Positions 24,369-25,505 of a stretch of 25,505 nucleotides of DNA are shown here, piece after piece (positions within the stretch are counted from its first letter, which is position 1; the number at the start of each line of letters is the position of its first letter). The position numbers and the translations under genes are program-made. This DNA comes from a virus (Duplodnaviria > Caudoviricetes). The notes under the pieces were generated by a model, which was given only the letters and a program-made list of their open reading frames with translations, did not search any database and had not been told where the DNA came from. The stretch spans positions 1 through 25,505 of the IMG/VR virus record IMGVR_UViG_3300016467_000606. One strand, written 5' to 3'.

Positions 24369-24670
24369 AGCGTCTCCCATTCGGTGTCGCCAACTTTGCG
24401 AAACTGCGTCTCCACGACGCCGGCATAGGACTCAAAGTAGTCCTGGGGTTCGAAGGCGTCCTCTTCGAAGGCATCCGTGATGTCGCCACACTTGCCTTCG
24501 TAGTAAACCTCTCCATCGCCATCGAGCAGTCGGAACTCGAAAGGCATGGCCGCCGCCAGGGCGTTGAGTTCGGCTATGGAGGGGAACTTGACGCAGTTGT
24601 GAAAGTCGCCTTCGTAGCGGCCTGTGTACTGCTTCTGGTGGTCGGGGTCTTTGGTGATGATCCAATCCAT
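24365..24670 (-). CDS. Conserved phage hypothetical protein (FRLLDGDGEVYYEG)
   Basis: AAGGAG RBS; FRL.D.DG..YY.G pattern recalled from phage early regions. Confidence 0.7.
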   Translation of the reverse strand: MDWIITKDPDHQKQYTGRYEGDFHNCVKFPSIAELNALAAAMPFEFRLLDGDGEVYYEGKCGDITDAFEEDAFEPQDYFESYAGVVETQFRKVGDTEWETL

Positions 24671-24705
24671 GTCGCGCTCCTTGTGCGTCTGTTGCTGATG
24701 AATGA

Positions 24706-24750
24706 ATTGTCACAAGTGATCGTTGGACTTACAACGTCACTTGTGACTTA
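24706..24750 (-). promoter_or_regulatory. Early-type promoter with two operator boxes
   Basis: TTGTAA-17-GACAAT; GTCACAAGTGA (24709-19) and TCACTTGTGAC (24737-47) are inverted copies. Confidence 0.7.
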
Positions 24751-24755
24751 CCCAA

Positions 24756-25454
24756 TCAGGTCGCCACAGCCTCGTCTTCTTCATCCTCCTCTTCGTACTC
24801 GGAGATGTAGATGATGATGGCTTCGACGACCAGGCCATCGACACGCCTGACCAGGCACTCATAGCCTCCGTCGCCGTAACCCGAACTGGACACCGCGCCT
24901 GAAGGGTGAACACCCCAACTGGAGTCCGCCAGGGTGAGGTCGCACACTTCGTCGTAGAACTTCTCCTTGACCGCTTGGTCGGCACAGAGGGCGCGATAGG
25001 TGTCCAGATCGAAGAAGCCGGCCTGACCCGAATCCACTCCGACATGGATGCCCGAGTCCTCCCAGGTAGAGTCCAACTCCGCCAAGTGGTCGAAGTGCTG
25101 CTGGACTCCGATGTTGACGATGTGCAGGTAGGCCACGCGGCCAGGGTGAGCTTCTGCCGCCTCTCGTCGTTGCTGAAGGCGATGCCTCTCGAACCGCGTG
25201 AAGTCCTCGCCAAGCCTCGCGGCAAGCTCGTTGAGGCGCTCTTCCTCTGCCGCGATCCACTTGGCACTCATCTCCATGTCGAGACTGTCCTTGTGGTAGC
25301 CGACGTGCGCCTGCCAGATGCCGTCCATGACGTTTTCCAGTTGGCCAGCGCACCAAGTCCCCATGTCGTGGCACGGGTCAGTGACCCGAAGCCCGCCGCT
25401 GGTGACGGTGAAGGTTTGGAACTCCGCCGTTTGATCAATTTGTGGCAGATTCAT
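24756..25454 (-). CDS. DUF4241-like protein
   Basis: SGGLRVTDPC, VGVDSGQAGFFD, SSGYGDGGY motifs; acidic tail. Confidence 0.7.
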   Translation of the reverse strand: MNLPQIDQTAEFQTFTVTSGGLRVTDPCHDMGTWCAGQLENVMDGIWQAHVGYHKDSLDMEMSAKWIAAEEERLNELAARLGEDFTRFERHRLQQRREAAEAHPGRVAYLHIVNIGVQQHFDHLAELDSTWEDSGIHVGVDSGQAGFFDLDTYRALCADQAVKEKFYDEVCDLTLADSSWGVHPSGAVSSSGYGDGGYECLVRRVDGLVVEAIIIYISEYEEEDEEDEAVAT

Positions 25455-25456
25455 GT

Positions 25457-25505
25457 TTACCACCAGGAGTCATAGATCACGACCTTGCCTTCGGCGATTG
25501 CCGAA
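25457..25505 (-). CDS. C-terminus of upstream hypothetical protein (partial)
   Basis: ...AIAEGKVVIYDSWW-stop, 2 nt before the next ATG. Confidence 0.5.
   Translation of the reverse strand, partial: SAIAEGKVVIYDSWW

Noticed and set aside
1-25505. tRNA, rRNA, integrase or transposase
   Set aside because: None recognised by eye; tRNAscan-SE and Infernal were not run.

Overview
A segment of a GC-rich, tailed-phage (probably siphovirus or phage-plasmid) genome. Its gene order resembles, from memory and not from a search, SSU5/pHCM2-like phage-plasmids. (1) 1-7124, minus strand, head module: small and large terminase, portal, scaffold, major capsid protein, two paralogous post-capsid genes and a head-tail adaptor-like gene. 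(2) 7222-12213, minus strand, directly upstream of the terminase: two ParB/Srx proteins, a Cys-rich acidic protein, an HExxH protein, a soluble ABC ATPase, thioredoxin, a membrane protein, a GNAT acetyltransferase (split COG2401-type pair) and a winged-helix protein; a candidate packaging-linked DNA-modification system. (3) 12304-16059, plus strand: SF2 helicase, RHH-like protein, DUF2061, a 2OG-Fe(II) oxygenase and a SLOG protein. (4) 16060-19417, a mostly non-coding, highly patterned region with GTATAAGG/CCTTATAGG repeats, 16 CCTAGG sites, nested palindromes, mirror-image divergent promoters with tandem operators, a motif-depleted gene and an A-poor strand-skewed tract; candidate packaging, terminus or origin locus. 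(5) 19418-25505, minus strand: small early-type hypothetical genes. A palindromic GTCA-N4-TGAC box overlaps most sigma70-like promoters across the window. All annotations come from reading motifs by eye; no database searches were run.
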